From positions 1-43,952 of the forward strand of contig JAHHIM010000032.1 in the NCBI GenBank assembly GCA_019358915.1: a DNA stretch of 43,952 nucleotides, read 5' to 3'. The notes beneath the pieces were generated by a model. It was given only the letters and a program-made list of their open reading frames with translations. It was not told where the DNA came from and did not search any database. The position numbers and the translations under genes are program-made. Source of the stretch: Trichormus sp. ATA11-4-KO1 (lineage in GTDB: Bacteria > Cyanobacteriota > Cyanobacteriia > Cyanobacteriales > Nostocaceae). Positions 19,201 through 28,400 of the stretch are shown here, one piece after another (position 1 is the first letter of the stretch; each line of letters begins with the position of its first letter).

Positions 19201-20351
19201 CCTAATTGGTCAAATTTACCAGAGATAAAATAGCCGTGCTTTGCTGTGATGGATTTGTAGAGTTCCTGCACTAATGCTGATTTGCCAATTCCCGCATAGC
19301 CAGAAACCAGCATCATTTCGACTTTGAATTGAGAATTTCCTATGCTTTCCTCTGGTCGCTGGGCTTCGCCAACATTCCCCGTTCCTGCCACTCTGTCAAA
19401 CGCTGCCAATAATGCTTTAGTCTCCGCTCCTCGCCCATACAGTTTTTGAGGAATGCGGAACTGCTCAGAAACATCTTGCAGACCCAATGGCATAGGTTCA
19501 ATTAAACCCACTTCTGCCAATTGCTGGGCACAGCGTTCTAAATCTGCTTTGATGCCCCAAGCACTTTGATAGCGATCCTCTGCATTCTTTGCCATCAGTT
19601 TCAAAATAAGATCTGAAACAGGTTGGGGAATCGTTGCGTTCAATTCATGAGGGGGAGCCGGCGGTCTGGCAATGTGGCAATGGACTAGCTCTAGGAGATC
19701 ACTAGTAGGAAACGGTAATTGTCCCGTCAACAGTTCGTAGAAGGTTACGCCCAGTGAGTAAAAATCAGTGCGATAGTCGAGCATCCGGTTCATTCGTCCG
19801 GTTTGCTCTGGCGACAGGTATGCGGGGGTTCCTTCTAGAAGATGGAGACTTTTGAATGTAGGATTGGTGCGACTGAAGCGAGTGGCAATGCCAAAATCAA
19901 TGATTTTGACAACGCCAGTCTTCGGATTAAAGACAATGTTGCCAGGATTAATATCTTTATGGATGACATGAGCCGCATGGATTTTGCCTAGAGTATCAGT
20001 AATGGCAATCGCAAGACCTAGAAAAGTGGATAAAGGCATCGGGCAGAATATATCTGGGCGCTTCTTGTGCATCCATTGCTCTAGCGACTCTCCCCCAAAA
20101 TCCTCTAAGATAATCACCAGAGTCCGTTGATAGTCCTGCTGGCTGTATGCCTTGACAACTCCTTCCAGATTCAAGGAACGGGTAATTTTATATTCCTGTC
20201 TGTAGCGAGTTAGTTCAGCAGGTGAGGGATAATCTTGCTTGAGTATTTTTACGACGCTCGCTACTCCATCCTCTCTAATGCCCCGATAAACCAGAGAATT
20301 AGAACTTTCGTATATCTTGTCTTGGATGGCAATACCAGGTAGAGCAATCAT
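13275..20351 (-). CDS. Hybrid Ser/Thr kinase-AAA ATPase-GAF-5xPAS-histidine kinase (HstK-like, HisKA_3)
   Basis: HKDINPGN and DFG kinase motifs; GYAGIGKS Walker A; FLDDLQW; GAF (CLPLLNQAKLVGVLYLEN); five PAS-like segments; EERNRMAREIHD; HATPase DNGQGF/GFGL. Confidence 0.95.
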   Translation of the reverse strand: MIALPGIAIQDKIYESSNSLVYRGIREDGVASVVKILKQDYPSPAELTRYRQEYKITRSLNLEGVVKAYSQQDYQRTLVIILEDFGGESLEQWMHKKRPDIFCPMPLSTFLGLAIAITDTLGKIHAAHVIHKDINPGNIVFNPKTGVVKIIDFGIATRFSRTNPTFKSLHLLEGTPAYLSPEQTGRMNRMLDYRTDFYSLGVTFYELLTGQLPFPTSDLLELVHCHIARPPAPPHELNATIPQPVSDLILKLMAKNAEDRYQSAWGIKADLERCAQQLAEVGLIEPMPLGLQDVSEQFRIPQKLYGRGAETKALLAAFDRVAGTGNVGEAQRPEESIGNSQFKVEMMLVSGYAGIGKSALVQELYKSITAKHGYFISGKFDQLGRNIPYSAIAHALQKLVQQLLGEPDEQLQQWRSRLLTALGSNGQIIVDVIPEVEFIIGKQPPVPEVGATEAHNRFNLTFQRFVRAFCAKEHPLVVFLDDLQWIDSATLKLIELILLDEQTQSLFLIGAYRDHEVSPTHSLILMLESLRKQGAALQEITLTPLTLESLSQLVAETLHHNPETVRSLAQAVSRKTEGNPFFVGEFLKLLYGENLLVFDTQRLSWQWNLAEIEAQDFTDNVVELLLRQLQKLPEATQQILCLSACIGAEFDLKTLAIACKKSPKVISLDLLTAIQAGLIQPLSELDENLLVQDYKFLHDRVQQAAYALIDESHKQAVHLQIGRNLLEKTSPERLSNRLFEVVDHLNQGIKLVTAQLERNEIAKLNLMAGQKAKGATAYEAALQYFNIGLKLLDTDSWVSEYDLTLALYSEAAEAAYLQGRFDEMEQLVEVVLDRAKTVVDKVQAYDSRIQGYLSQGNLKEALKTGLEALKLLGIDLIENPSQADIQRELELTSALLAKREIEDLINLPEMTEPEVLAAMSILSNMGSAAFIMLPTLWILITCKTINLLINYGNAIWSSLYYACYGFVLCGVVQDIELGYEFGKLALGLAERLNAKKGNSKTLMFSSVHILHWKVHLRKIIPMLADAYRNGVETGDFESAGYAAYFVCHNSFLAGEELTQLEQKTATYSKAIDQIRRASPSNWLAILWQTILNLLDRSLNPSHLVSRLCNEEEALPHAIAVKDGIAIQMLYLHKVILHYLFEEYHQAIQTAILARQYFEEMTAITVLPVFCFYHSLALLSLSFDASNSEKVAWLNCVNTNQEKMQKWAEHAPMNYLHKFYLVEAEKARVLGQFLEAEEFYERAISGAAENEYIQEEALAYELAAKHYLVRGRSKIAQTYMKEAHYCYDRWGATAKVKDLEKRYPQFFSQSPRAASTSIPIIAETITNPFHTAFDLAAVMKASQAISREIELKQLLRSLMQTLIENAGAQTGYLILENSGEWLIEAACELNTDENACATQVLQSIPIADQLPESIIQYVIRTLKPVTLNDATREGAFINEPYIQQNQPQSIFCLPLLNQAKLVGVLYLENRLAAGVFTPERSQVLQLLSTQAAIAIENANLYSELRAKESKITQFLEAIPVGIAIVDAAGRPYYTNQCGNQLTGKETDTSIAPEQISEAYQLYVAGTDQIYPAESLPIVRALRGERIRTEDIEIRRDHVTILIEARGTPVFDQQGNITYAIATFQDITERKQAEKLLADYNCTLEQQVAERTAALRQSEANYRNLLQTANSVIICYDTQGRIRYINDYGVKLLGYEEHQIVGRTLFETIIPDIETSGRDVKPFVRDLLRNPQSYPQGEGENLCRDGRRVWVAWSNQAIFNEQGDVVEILSVGNDTTQRRQAEEALQRSEAKFRAIFENSQVGIFRVRLSDGLLLDANQCHANLFGFDSPEEIIGLEYVIGYYADPSDHQHLIELLKRDREVRSFEAQMRKRDGTLFWGLFSLYLNADDDYIEGVIADISDRKQAEAALQNSEERLRLALTATNQGLYDLDLKTEERIVNPEYALMLGYNPATFHETISEWIARLHPDDRESVVAIYRAYIAGEIPSYQAEYRQRTQDGQWKWTLSVGKIVAWDESGQPMRMLGTHVDINDRKQAEEALQASETKLRTLIEAIPDPLFVLTAEGRFLEIIVLERNLLWQPFEEMIGKTMHQLRKEQADEFLGYIQQVLRTQQILTVEYSAFLNGREAWFSARIAPIDHEQVIWIARDITALKQAEEASILEERNRMAREIHDTLAQAFTGILAQVGAAKQVLTDDVEAAQAHLDLIKELARTGLSEARRSVVALRPQLLEEGSLQSALHRLVAQIRAAATDTTLYYEIEGAVYSLPTEVENNLLRIGQEALTNAIRHANADEIRVELVYDRDRFCLRVKDNGQGFGVGSIPASEGFGLLGMSERAERIGAQLTIRSQPGQGTEIIVTVNWE

Positions 20352-20466
20352 AGAGCAACTCTTGGGAGTATAATCTGGCATAACTCAAACTATACAGCAA
20401 TTTTCTATTCCGAAAATAATTACTTACTGTTTGGTAATCGAGAATAAATTTGATGAAATAAAAGAT

Positions 20467-21401
20467 TTAAACTCTGATTTCAGACTTCAAAACACTCAAC
20501 ACTTTTTCTTCCAGTCCAGTCAAATAAGCACGGTTCAGTTTCCCTAACGACTCCAAAAACCTCTGCACCGACTCCTCCAACCCACTCGAATACACTCGAC
20601 TGATGCGATCACAGATCACCTGCATCTGCTCACAATCCGCAGGTAGATAGTTGTAAGATTTCAGGTGCTTCAGCCCAACCGTAATTTCTCCGTTCCAAAT
20701 CTTCACGGTGCAACTGTAATCGTGAACTCCCGTGACTATGCACCAGCAACCGCCTTTGCCTCTGAGATCGGGATTGTCCTTGGCTAGAATTTGGCAGACT
20801 TCGCCAATTTGGTAGGTGTTGGGGACTTTGGTTCGCTCCATTATTCGCTGCACCACATCCTTCACGACCCTGCCACTTGGCACTTTACCGCCAGCTTCCT
20901 CTACTGCGGCTTGCCATACCTCCTGCTGTTGCTGGGGTTCAAGCTTTGTGAGGGGACGGACTTGACGCTCATTCGTGGGCAGAATGTGATCCATTGGATC
21001 ACATTTTTCAGCTAAGTTATCAAATACAACAGCCGCATCCATTAGAAGATAGGATTGGCGGCGACTATGACCAAATCTATCTCGGCAATATTCCTCAAAT
21101 GTGCGATGAGTTGAACGGTAAAGTCGTCTGTCTCGCAACTCCATTAATGCCTTGCCTGCCTCAAAAAATGCCCGTTCCACTTTGCGTTCAAGGTGAAGGC
21201 GGTAAGCGGAGCCATGCCGTTAGGCTTATCGCTCTGTTCTTCGTCTGTTAATTCTGGGACTTCAACAGCAGTAACCGTAATTGTTGCTGTCGCTGGGTTT
21301 TCTTCTTGCGGGATTTGGTCTTTGGTAAGGTTATCTGGTGCTGTGCCATCACTAGATGCAGTAGAAGTAGTTTTTTTGCGCTTAGAGGATGGTTTATTCA
21401 T
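20467..21401 (-). pseudogene. Plasmid-type hypothetical protein frameshifted by a 26-nt insertion in a HIP1 site
   Basis: Removing 21202-21227 joins ORFs 21144-21401 and 20467-21180 (EEQSDRLHLERKVERAFFEAGKAL...TFEEYCRDRFG). Confidence 0.8.
21202..21227. repeat. Small dispersed repeat inserted into HIP1
   Basis: GCG|GTAAGCGGAGCCATGCCGTTAGGCTT|ATCGC; a related copy lies at ~29283-29310. Confidence 0.8.
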
Positions 21402-21510
21402 GTTTCCACCTCTTTTAGTTCAATGGCATTTGCTCAAAGTGTGATAGTTAGTTGTGATGATCTCTCCCAAAGTACTCACCAACAAAACCAGTGGATTGAC
21501 AGTATTATGA

Positions 21511-21771
21511 TCAAATATCATAATCTTCCTCCAGGTTTACACCAAAGGAAACTCCCAAAACTTCTTCGATTTTGTGAAGGTTTTCAATTGAAAGCGCCCC
21601 TTTAAGAGTTTCCTTTTCGATGTCGTACCAGTAAGTGCGCGACAAACCGACTTCATCACATATTTGCTCTAGAGACTTAATCGAATTTAATCGAGCTTGC
21701 TTAATCCGCTCCCCTAGTCCCTCAATTTCAACTTCCTTAACTTGTCTTATTCGCATTTTTGCACTAATCAC
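21511..21771 (-). CDS. XRE-family HTH transcriptional regulator
   Basis: LGERIKQAR...SLEQICDEVGLSRTYWYDIE. Confidence 0.9.
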   Translation of the reverse strand: MISAKMRIRQVKEVEIEGLGERIKQARLNSIKSLEQICDEVGLSRTYWYDIEKETLKGALSIENLHKIEEVLGVSFGVNLEEDYDI

Positions 21772-21798
21772 ACTACCACCTCCTTAGAGTAAAGCGTT

Positions 21799-21866
21799 AA
21801 CTATTAGTTTTACTATACACTACAAACTATTAGTTGACACACTAGAAACTAGTAATGTACTATAAA
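21799..21866 (+). promoter_or_regulatory. Divergent promoter region with repeated operator-like motifs
   Basis: TTGACA 21834-39 and TACTAT 21858-63; AACTATTAGTT twice; CACTAsAAACTA twice. Confidence 0.55.
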
Positions 21867-21939
21867 AATGTAGAGAAAGCGCCCCCGACTACCAATCTAG
21901 AGCGCTTCTCTACTCCTAATTTCAAGGAGTTTAACAATC

Positions 21940-22947
21940 ATGACATATCCGGCTTACAGCCAACAACAGCTGCGGCTAAAATCCATTGCCCGGCTCAAGC
22001 AAATCTACTCAGAAATCGGTTGCACAGGTGAGGTGAATGACAAACGCTGCAAGGATGCCTGGATTAACGCCATCCTCACCCACCTATCCACCCAACTGCA
22101 AAAGATTGACGAGCAAACCAAAGCCCAAGCTGAACTCGACCAATACATTACCGCCCAAGCCGAAGCAATTGCCCCAGAAGAATTGACAACCGTAGAAATC
22201 AACTTTTACCACCATGAAGTCTACGCTGGTAATCGGCTCATCGCTTACATCACCTATGATCCCAATGACTTTGACATTCAACCTTGGGTAGTGATGGTGA
22301 ACGGTGAAGAGAAATTTCGTGCTAACACTTGGGCAATATGCCACCGCTTCATCCAATGGCATCACAAGGACGGCACACTCAACCCACCAACAAACAGTGA
22401 AATACCAGAAGTCCCCACTATTGCAACAATCTCGTTTTATGACCAGGAAGCATTTGTTGGTGGTGAACTGGTAGCCAGCATTTTTTATGATCACGACAAC
22501 CATGAAGACTTGTACTGGCGGGTGATCATCAACGACCAAGAGATTTTCCGCGACCTTTCAGCCGCCAGATACCACAGTTATGTCAAACAACAGTACCAGC
22601 AAGGGACATTACCACTGCAAGAACCATTTGTGGAACCCTGCGCTACTGGTAACGAAATCATGGTGCAGATATTCAACGAGTGCGAGAAATACGGGCTGGA
22701 ACTATTGGAAGATGGCGTTTATCAGAATGACGTAAAACTGGGTGAAGTCGGTTGTACAGATGGTGATTGGTGGGCAATACGCACTGGAGGAAATAAGGGG
22801 CGCGTAGTTTGCGACTGTGTGATGGATGCTGTGTGGTGGTTATCAATAACCGAAACTTCATCCACAACAAATAAATACTTGCAAAACCGACCTCTAGAAC
22901 AACTGACTTCGGCTGAATTGCAAAAGTTATTTGCAACAGCAGTTTAG
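21940..22947 (+). CDS. Hypothetical protein with internally repeated domain
   Basis: AAGGAG RBS; two similar units (EINFYHHEVYAGNRLIAYITYD / TISFYDQEAFVGGELVASIFYD). Confidence 0.8.
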   Translation: MTYPAYSQQQLRLKSIARLKQIYSEIGCTGEVNDKRCKDAWINAILTHLSTQLQKIDEQTKAQAELDQYITAQAEAIAPEELTTVEINFYHHEVYAGNRLIAYITYDPNDFDIQPWVVMVNGEEKFRANTWAICHRFIQWHHKDGTLNPPTNSEIPEVPTIATISFYDQEAFVGGELVASIFYDHDNHEDLYWRVIINDQEIFRDLSAARYHSYVKQQYQQGTLPLQEPFVEPCATGNEIMVQIFNECEKYGLELLEDGVYQNDVKLGEVGCTDGDWWAIRTGGNKGRVVCDCVMDAVWWLSITETSSTTNKYLQNRPLEQLTSAELQKLFATAV

Positions 22948-23101
22948 GGATGTGGGGTGTGAGGGTGTGGGGTGTAGGGAAGAAGTTTGTACTACTAATT
23001 CACTCTTAACTTCAAAATCAATTCGTAAGAATTCTGACTCCTGACTCCTTACATCAATTCTTTCCCTTACACCCTTATACCCCTACCCCCTTACACCCCT
23101 A
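22945..23101. repeat. Element bounded by inverted GGGTGT / ACACCC tandem arrays
   Basis: G-rich arm 22945-22985, complementary C-rich arm 23058-23101, internal TGACTCC heptamers. Confidence 0.7.
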
Positions 23102-23125
23102 TTTTTCCATTCACAGAATAAAACT

Positions 23126-23452
23126 ATGGAACCCACAATCAGCATTCCGCAAAACTGGGAATACCCCAGATTCACGCTAGGGCAACGCACAAAACAAGGG
23201 TTAATCATCGGCATCGAGTACAACCCTACTGGCACATTATTGGCCCACGAGTACGGTAATTTTTGGCGCTATACCGTAATGCCTGATAAAAATTCTGGAG
23301 AAGTCAGACATTATTCCGACGACCAAATTCAAACACTTTCTGTTGCAGAGATACAGCAGCAACTACAAGCAGAAATAAAAGAATACCAACAGCACATCAA
23401 AGCACTTCAACAGCAATTAGTAACCATTACCGGAGATAGAAACAATGGCTAG
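23126..23452 (+). CDS. Hypothetical protein (SH3-like N-terminus, coiled-coil C-terminus)
   Basis: 108-aa ORF in operon; PRFTLGQRT...GLIIGIEY. Confidence 0.75.
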   Translation: MEPTISIPQNWEYPRFTLGQRTKQGLIIGIEYNPTGTLLAHEYGNFWRYTVMPDKNSGEVRHYSDDQIQTLSVAEIQQQLQAEIKEYQQHIKALQQQLVTITGDRNNG

Positions 23453-23642
23453 ACAAAAGAAAAGCTGTTTCGGTTTGAATGCTGATAATTTATTGCATTC
23501 TCTGCGTGTTCGTGGTGGTTCTGCACCTTTGCACTCTATCAAGTTTTCTAATGTTGTTATCCAATCATTGTTGAATCAAAAGCTAGTGAAAGTACAAAAC
23601 ACTGGTTGCGGTTTTGTGTTGGAAATTAACGAAGAAAAGTAG
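23445..23642 (+). CDS. Small hypothetical protein
   Basis: GGAG RBS; overlaps the upstream stop. Confidence 0.7.
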   Translation: MARQKKSCFGLNADNLLHSLRVRGGSAPLHSIKFSNVVIQSLLNQKLVKVQNTGCGFVLEINEEK

Positions 23643-23658
23643 TTAAGGAAAAGTTTTC

Positions 23659-23993
23659 ATGCCTGAAATAAACTTAATCGAATTAGTTAGCTGTACTCAA
23701 TACCTAATCTCTCAAATTGCTCAACATCCAGATTTATTAAAGCTGGAATACTATTTTTGAATTCAAAATGCAAAATTCAAAATGCAAAATTAAAGAGATT
23801 AATGGAGGTTTGTACCCAGAATCAATCAATTCTAAAATCTTTCTGATTCTTCATTTTGAATTTTGAATTTTTAATTTTGAATTGGAGCGAAGCGACCATC
23901 GGTGATGCACAAAGCGCGCTTTCTTATTTGAAATGTGAGCTAGAACATCGTCAACACATTTCAACATTATCAGAGAACAATGATGAACACTGA
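23659..23993 (+). pseudogene. Small hypothetical gene interrupted by a heptamer-bounded element
   Basis: MPEINLIELVSCTQYLISQIAQHPDLLKLEYY / insert ~23755-23894 / TIGDAQSALSYLKCELE... Confidence 0.6.
23755..23894. mobile_element. ~140-bp element with inverted heptamer (TTCAAAA / TTTTGAA) arrays
   Basis: Shares arms and core (AAATTAAAGA...TTGTACCCA...TTCTTCATTTTG) with 29130-29369. Confidence 0.65.
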
Positions 23994-24801
23994 AATCAAA
24001 CTTGGTCTTTGTAATCCTCCTGAACCAGTTTACTTATATGTAAAAAATGGGGAATCAAACGGTGAATTTTACTTGTGGTATCACTACGATATCGACAAAG
24101 ATAAAACTATCCCTGTACAGCAAACGGCTTTAACTGGTTATCTTTCAGAACTGCGGTTGACTACTAAAGAATACAAAGGCAAGGACAATTTCAAGTTAGA
24201 TATTGTTGTTGCCTCTGACGAGATTTACATTATCAGGACTGGCGTAGAAACGAATTTTGCCAAAACCTTTTTGTTATCAGCTTCACAGGTTTATGACTTT
24301 TCTAAACCTCTAATTATTGCTGTTACTAGTGGTGACGAGAATACGGTATTTTGTCGGCTGTATGATGCCTCTACGAAAGTAAGGATTCGCAGAGAATGGA
24401 ATCCCAATGCAGACTGGGGATCACTCATCGCTGAAATTCAATCTCGGTTGGGTGGGACATATTCATCTGTTCCATTGATGGCAGAGCCACAAATACATCC
24501 CCAAGATTTGAGGATAAAACAAATTCGGACATTGCTTGATTATCCTCTGGATTTAGTTAAGGAATGGTTAGGATTCCAAGATGCCCGTAGCCCTAGCCAA
24601 CTGCCTATCAGCAAGATAGACACTTTGGTAAAAAATATGTGCCTCGCTTGGGCTGCTGACAAGTGCAATTCTCCGAATCAAGCTCAATCTTCCTTTCAAC
24701 AGCAAGTTATTAATGCAGTTACAAACGGGACTGATGAATTAACAGCAATCAAAACATGGATGCAGCAAGTACAAACAACAAAAGTAGAGGCATCGTTATG
24801 A
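23980..24801 (+). CDS. Hypothetical protein of the replication-module operon
   Basis: 273-aa ORF; overlaps the next start. Confidence 0.8.
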   Translation: MMNTEIKLGLCNPPEPVYLYVKNGESNGEFYLWYHYDIDKDKTIPVQQTALTGYLSELRLTTKEYKGKDNFKLDIVVASDEIYIIRTGVETNFAKTFLLSASQVYDFSKPLIIAVTSGDENTVFCRLYDASTKVRIRREWNPNADWGSLIAEIQSRLGGTYSSVPLMAEPQIHPQDLRIKQIRTLLDYPLDLVKEWLGFQDARSPSQLPISKIDTLVKNMCLAWAADKCNSPNQAQSSFQQQVINAVTNGTDELTAIKTWMQQVQTTKVEASL

Positions 24802-25205
24802 CTTGTGCGATCGCTACTTTAGAACGATGCTGGTTTCTTTCTCCTCCTTGGAGTAAAGACATTCCCCCTGTTGAAGTCAATTTGCTAGAGCGAGTTTACC
24901 TCAAAAGTAGCAAAGCATTTGGTTACTGCTGCGGTGTTCATTGGCAATACGATAGATGGATTTATGCGATTGCCTGTGATAACGAAATCCTGCACGCCAC
25001 CAAGCATCAAATCATCGGCACTGGTCGGTTACAGGCTACCACTGTGAAAAAACCGAATTTCTTGTTAGGTGATCGCGTGATGTTGCGTTTTCATGATCAT
25101 GCGACAAACCAGCGATTGGTTTGGGGGATTCGGTTACTCAATGGGACTTGGTTTTATGTTGTGGAAATGGGATGTGTTGGTGAAAAAGTAAAGGCGATCG
25201 CCTGA
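24798..25205 (+). CDS. DUF1392 family protein
   Basis: LERCWFLSPPW...VNLLERVYL...FGYCCGV motif. Confidence 0.75.
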   Translation: MTCAIATLERCWFLSPPWSKDIPPVEVNLLERVYLKSSKAFGYCCGVHWQYDRWIYAIACDNEILHATKHQIIGTGRLQATTVKKPNFLLGDRVMLRFHDHATNQRLVWGIRLLNGTWFYVVEMGCVGEKVKAIA

Positions 25206-25321
25206 GATAAAACAGCGCGATCACTGTAACAAAATCGCTAATTGAATCTAACTCTTAGGGTAGCAGTTTATCGATTAGTAGCTTGAATTCTTCACGATAG
25301 GTCTACAAACAACACTTCCTT

Positions 25322-25387
25322 AGTTCGGGTGTACTAACAATTATTTTCATCACCAACATTACCAAGCGGTATATGCGTATACCGCTT
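25322..25387. promoter_or_regulatory. LexA-like box and perfect hairpin upstream of rep
   Basis: AGTTC-GGGT-GTACT (25322-35, one mismatch to RGTAC-N3-DGTWCB); AAGCGGTATA-TGCG-TATACCGCTT (25364-87). Confidence 0.45.
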
Positions 25388-25418
25388 ACTTTTCCGTGCG
25401 TCGATTGAAGGAGGGGAT

Positions 25419-28400
25419 ATGAATCCGATTGACAGAAATTGTCTAGAAAATCAGCATTTAGAAGAATGGTTAGCCAGTGCCGTTGACCCCGAAATTATTG
25501 CCTTAAATGTGATTTCCCTTTCAGGGACAGAGACTTACGAATATCTCTTATATGCTTTGCCCCAAACCGCCCGCCGCAACGACTTACGATTACGAGATGG
25601 ATACTTGAGAAGATATGCCCATACCGCCAACGGAGGATGGTGGGTAAGTGGCCTTGACCCTCATAACGATTGGCTACCAATGGATTGGGGAAGGATGAAG
25701 CCAGATTCCCCCAGGCGCGAATGGGACAATGAAGCTCAACAGTACACCGAAAAATCCGTCAAATACGAATCACCACCCAAAACTCCCAACCGTGTTACCT
25801 ATTTGAGAGTCCCATTGCACATTTGGAAGTTGGTATCTCTGCGTTATAATGTGCCGATGCCAGAACACGTTACAGTGACAGAATCCGGGGAAGCGTTGGG
25901 ATTTTGGGCTTGGGTGATGGCACACCCAGAAATTCCCCTCATTCTTACAGAAGGCGAAAAGAAAGCAGGTTGTCTCCTGACACTGGGATTTGTAGCGATC
26001 GCTCTACCAGGAATTTGGAACGGACGCATTGGTCAAGAAGATTTTGAAAGGCTGCACCCCGATTTATTACCAATGGCGCAATTAGGGCGTAAATTTACGA
26101 TCCTATTCGACTACGAAACCAAACCGAAAACCAAGCACCACGTTTTTCAAGCCACCCGTCGCACTGCTAATGTCATACTAGATACCGGTTGTGAGTGTAG
26201 CATCGCACTGTTACCAGGGCCAGAAAAAGGAATTGACGATTGGGTTGTGGCACTGGGCAAGAAAGCAGACAAAGCCGTATCCACAATGATTGCCGATGCC
26301 CTTACATTCAGGGAATATCAACAAAGATTTTTCATCAATCGTGCCAGGGGGCTGCGGAAGTATAAACCAGATGTGACAGTCAACAGCCGTTTTTTAGGCA
26401 ATGCCATCAACGCCTTACCCGAATCCGGGTTGGTTTGCTTACTTTCTGACATGGGAACTGGTAAAACCGAATTACTCGCCCGGATGAGACAAGCCCGACC
26501 ACAGTTGAGTTTTTTAAACAACGGTCATCGCGTCAACCTGCTCAAGAATTTAAGCGATCGCTTGCAAACTGCCATGTACTCCGCGATGGCTTATGGGGAC
26601 TGGAGCAAAGCAAAAGCTCTGAGTATCACCGTAGATTCTTTGTATAAGATGGCGAATGATTTACAGGCTTATGATATTCTTTTTATCGATGAAGCTTGTC
26701 AGTACCTCGCCCACCTACTCAAGTCCAAAACTTGTAAAGAACACCGGGGGGAAATTTTAGAGGTATTGGAATACCTAGTTTACAACGCTAAGTTGGTAGT
26801 CTTGGCAGATGCCCATCTTGATGATCTTACTATTGATTTCTTCCGCGCCATGCGTCCGGCGGGTGAACAACCATACATCATCAAAAACCTGTATCGTTCA
26901 GGTGGTCGCAAAGCATACTGGTACGAAGGTCGCAATAGCAGTGCGTTGGTAGCAGAGTTCCACTGTCAACTGATGTTGGGCAAGAAGTTGATGATGGTCA
27001 GTGACAGCAAGCGGTTCATTAAAAAACTGGAACGGGCATTGAATGGAGTTGTATTTAACGATACTGATGAAGACAATACACCAGAACCAGAAGCCGACCG
27101 TCAGTTGAAAGTGTGGACTGTTCACTCAGAAAATAGTGGCAGTGAAGAGAACGTGATTTTCATCAGAGAAATTAACACTGCGATTCAAACGATTGATGCT
27201 TTATTAACTACACCCAGTTTAGGTACAGGCGTTGACATTTCGATGTATCATTTTGATGCGGTGTTTGGTGTGTTTCATGCTGTTTCCCAGGCGGCTACCG
27301 AATGCGCCCAGCAGCTTTGGCGTTATCGTCATGATGTGCCGATGTATATCTGGGTTGCGCCTCGTCCTCCCTTTGGTTACGCCGAAACCAATGCCCGAAA
27401 TATTAAAGAGAATATTCTCCAAAAAAACGAGATGACGGCCTATTTAATCCGTATTGATAAAGAAACGGGTAAACGGGGGGCTGAGAAGGATTGGGCATTG
27501 GATACCAGCTGTCAGATTGAGGCGCAGCGCAATTGGTCAATTAATAATTTACGCTCGGATCTGCGATCGCTTCTGGAGGAAATGGGCAATACGATTGTGC
27601 CAGCAGGGGACGGTAATAATGAAGGGGCTTCTCGTTGGATGAAGGCAGCCGGGATTGCCATCGATGAGGAGCATTACCGTAAGGTGGCCAATGCCAAAGA
27701 TATTGACAGGAAAACTTACCAAAGTCGGCAGCACCAAGATTATCTTAAACCAGAAGAAGCGTTAGAGTGCGAGAAGTTCCGCATCCAGGACACCTACGGT
27801 ATGAGCGTTACCCCGGAATTGGTGGAAAAAGATGATGGGGGAAGGCTGATTAAAAAGATTGTGGCGCTTGAAGCAATTTTGGCAGAACCAGGGGAAATAA
27901 TCACTGATGACCAAGGACGAGAATTTGTCATACCGCCTGCTGTGGTTGTCGATAGAGATAAGTCGGAACGCGAACGTTTAAGCATCTGCACCGATTGGAG
28001 TAACCATTCTACATCCTGGCTCATGCGTCATCGGCTGGGATTGAGGACGGTGCTAAAGGATTTGATGGATGGGATTGAGATTAAAGGAGATGAACCGATG
28101 ATTGAAGCGTTAGCGGATTTCTCCAAACGTAATGCACCTCACATTAAAGGGATCTTGAATTTAACCATTCCCCTTGACGAGTCGCCTATATGGATTTTGG
28201 GGCAGTATCTCGCACAATTGGGTTTGTCTACTGAGTCACGCCGACCACTTGAGGATGGTAAACGGGTCAGATATTACCGTTTGAATACTGAGGATGTGGC
28301 GTTTGCTCGAAACGTCTTGGAGTACCGTCAACGACAGAGAGAAGATAAGGAAAAAAGACGGCAGGAGGAAGAAGAACGAAATGCAGCTTATGCGGCTCGA

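Noticed and set aside
389..20381. Numerous short antisense or alternate-frame ORFs in the track
   Set aside because: They overlap well-supported genes and lack recognisable motifs; treated as shadow ORFs.
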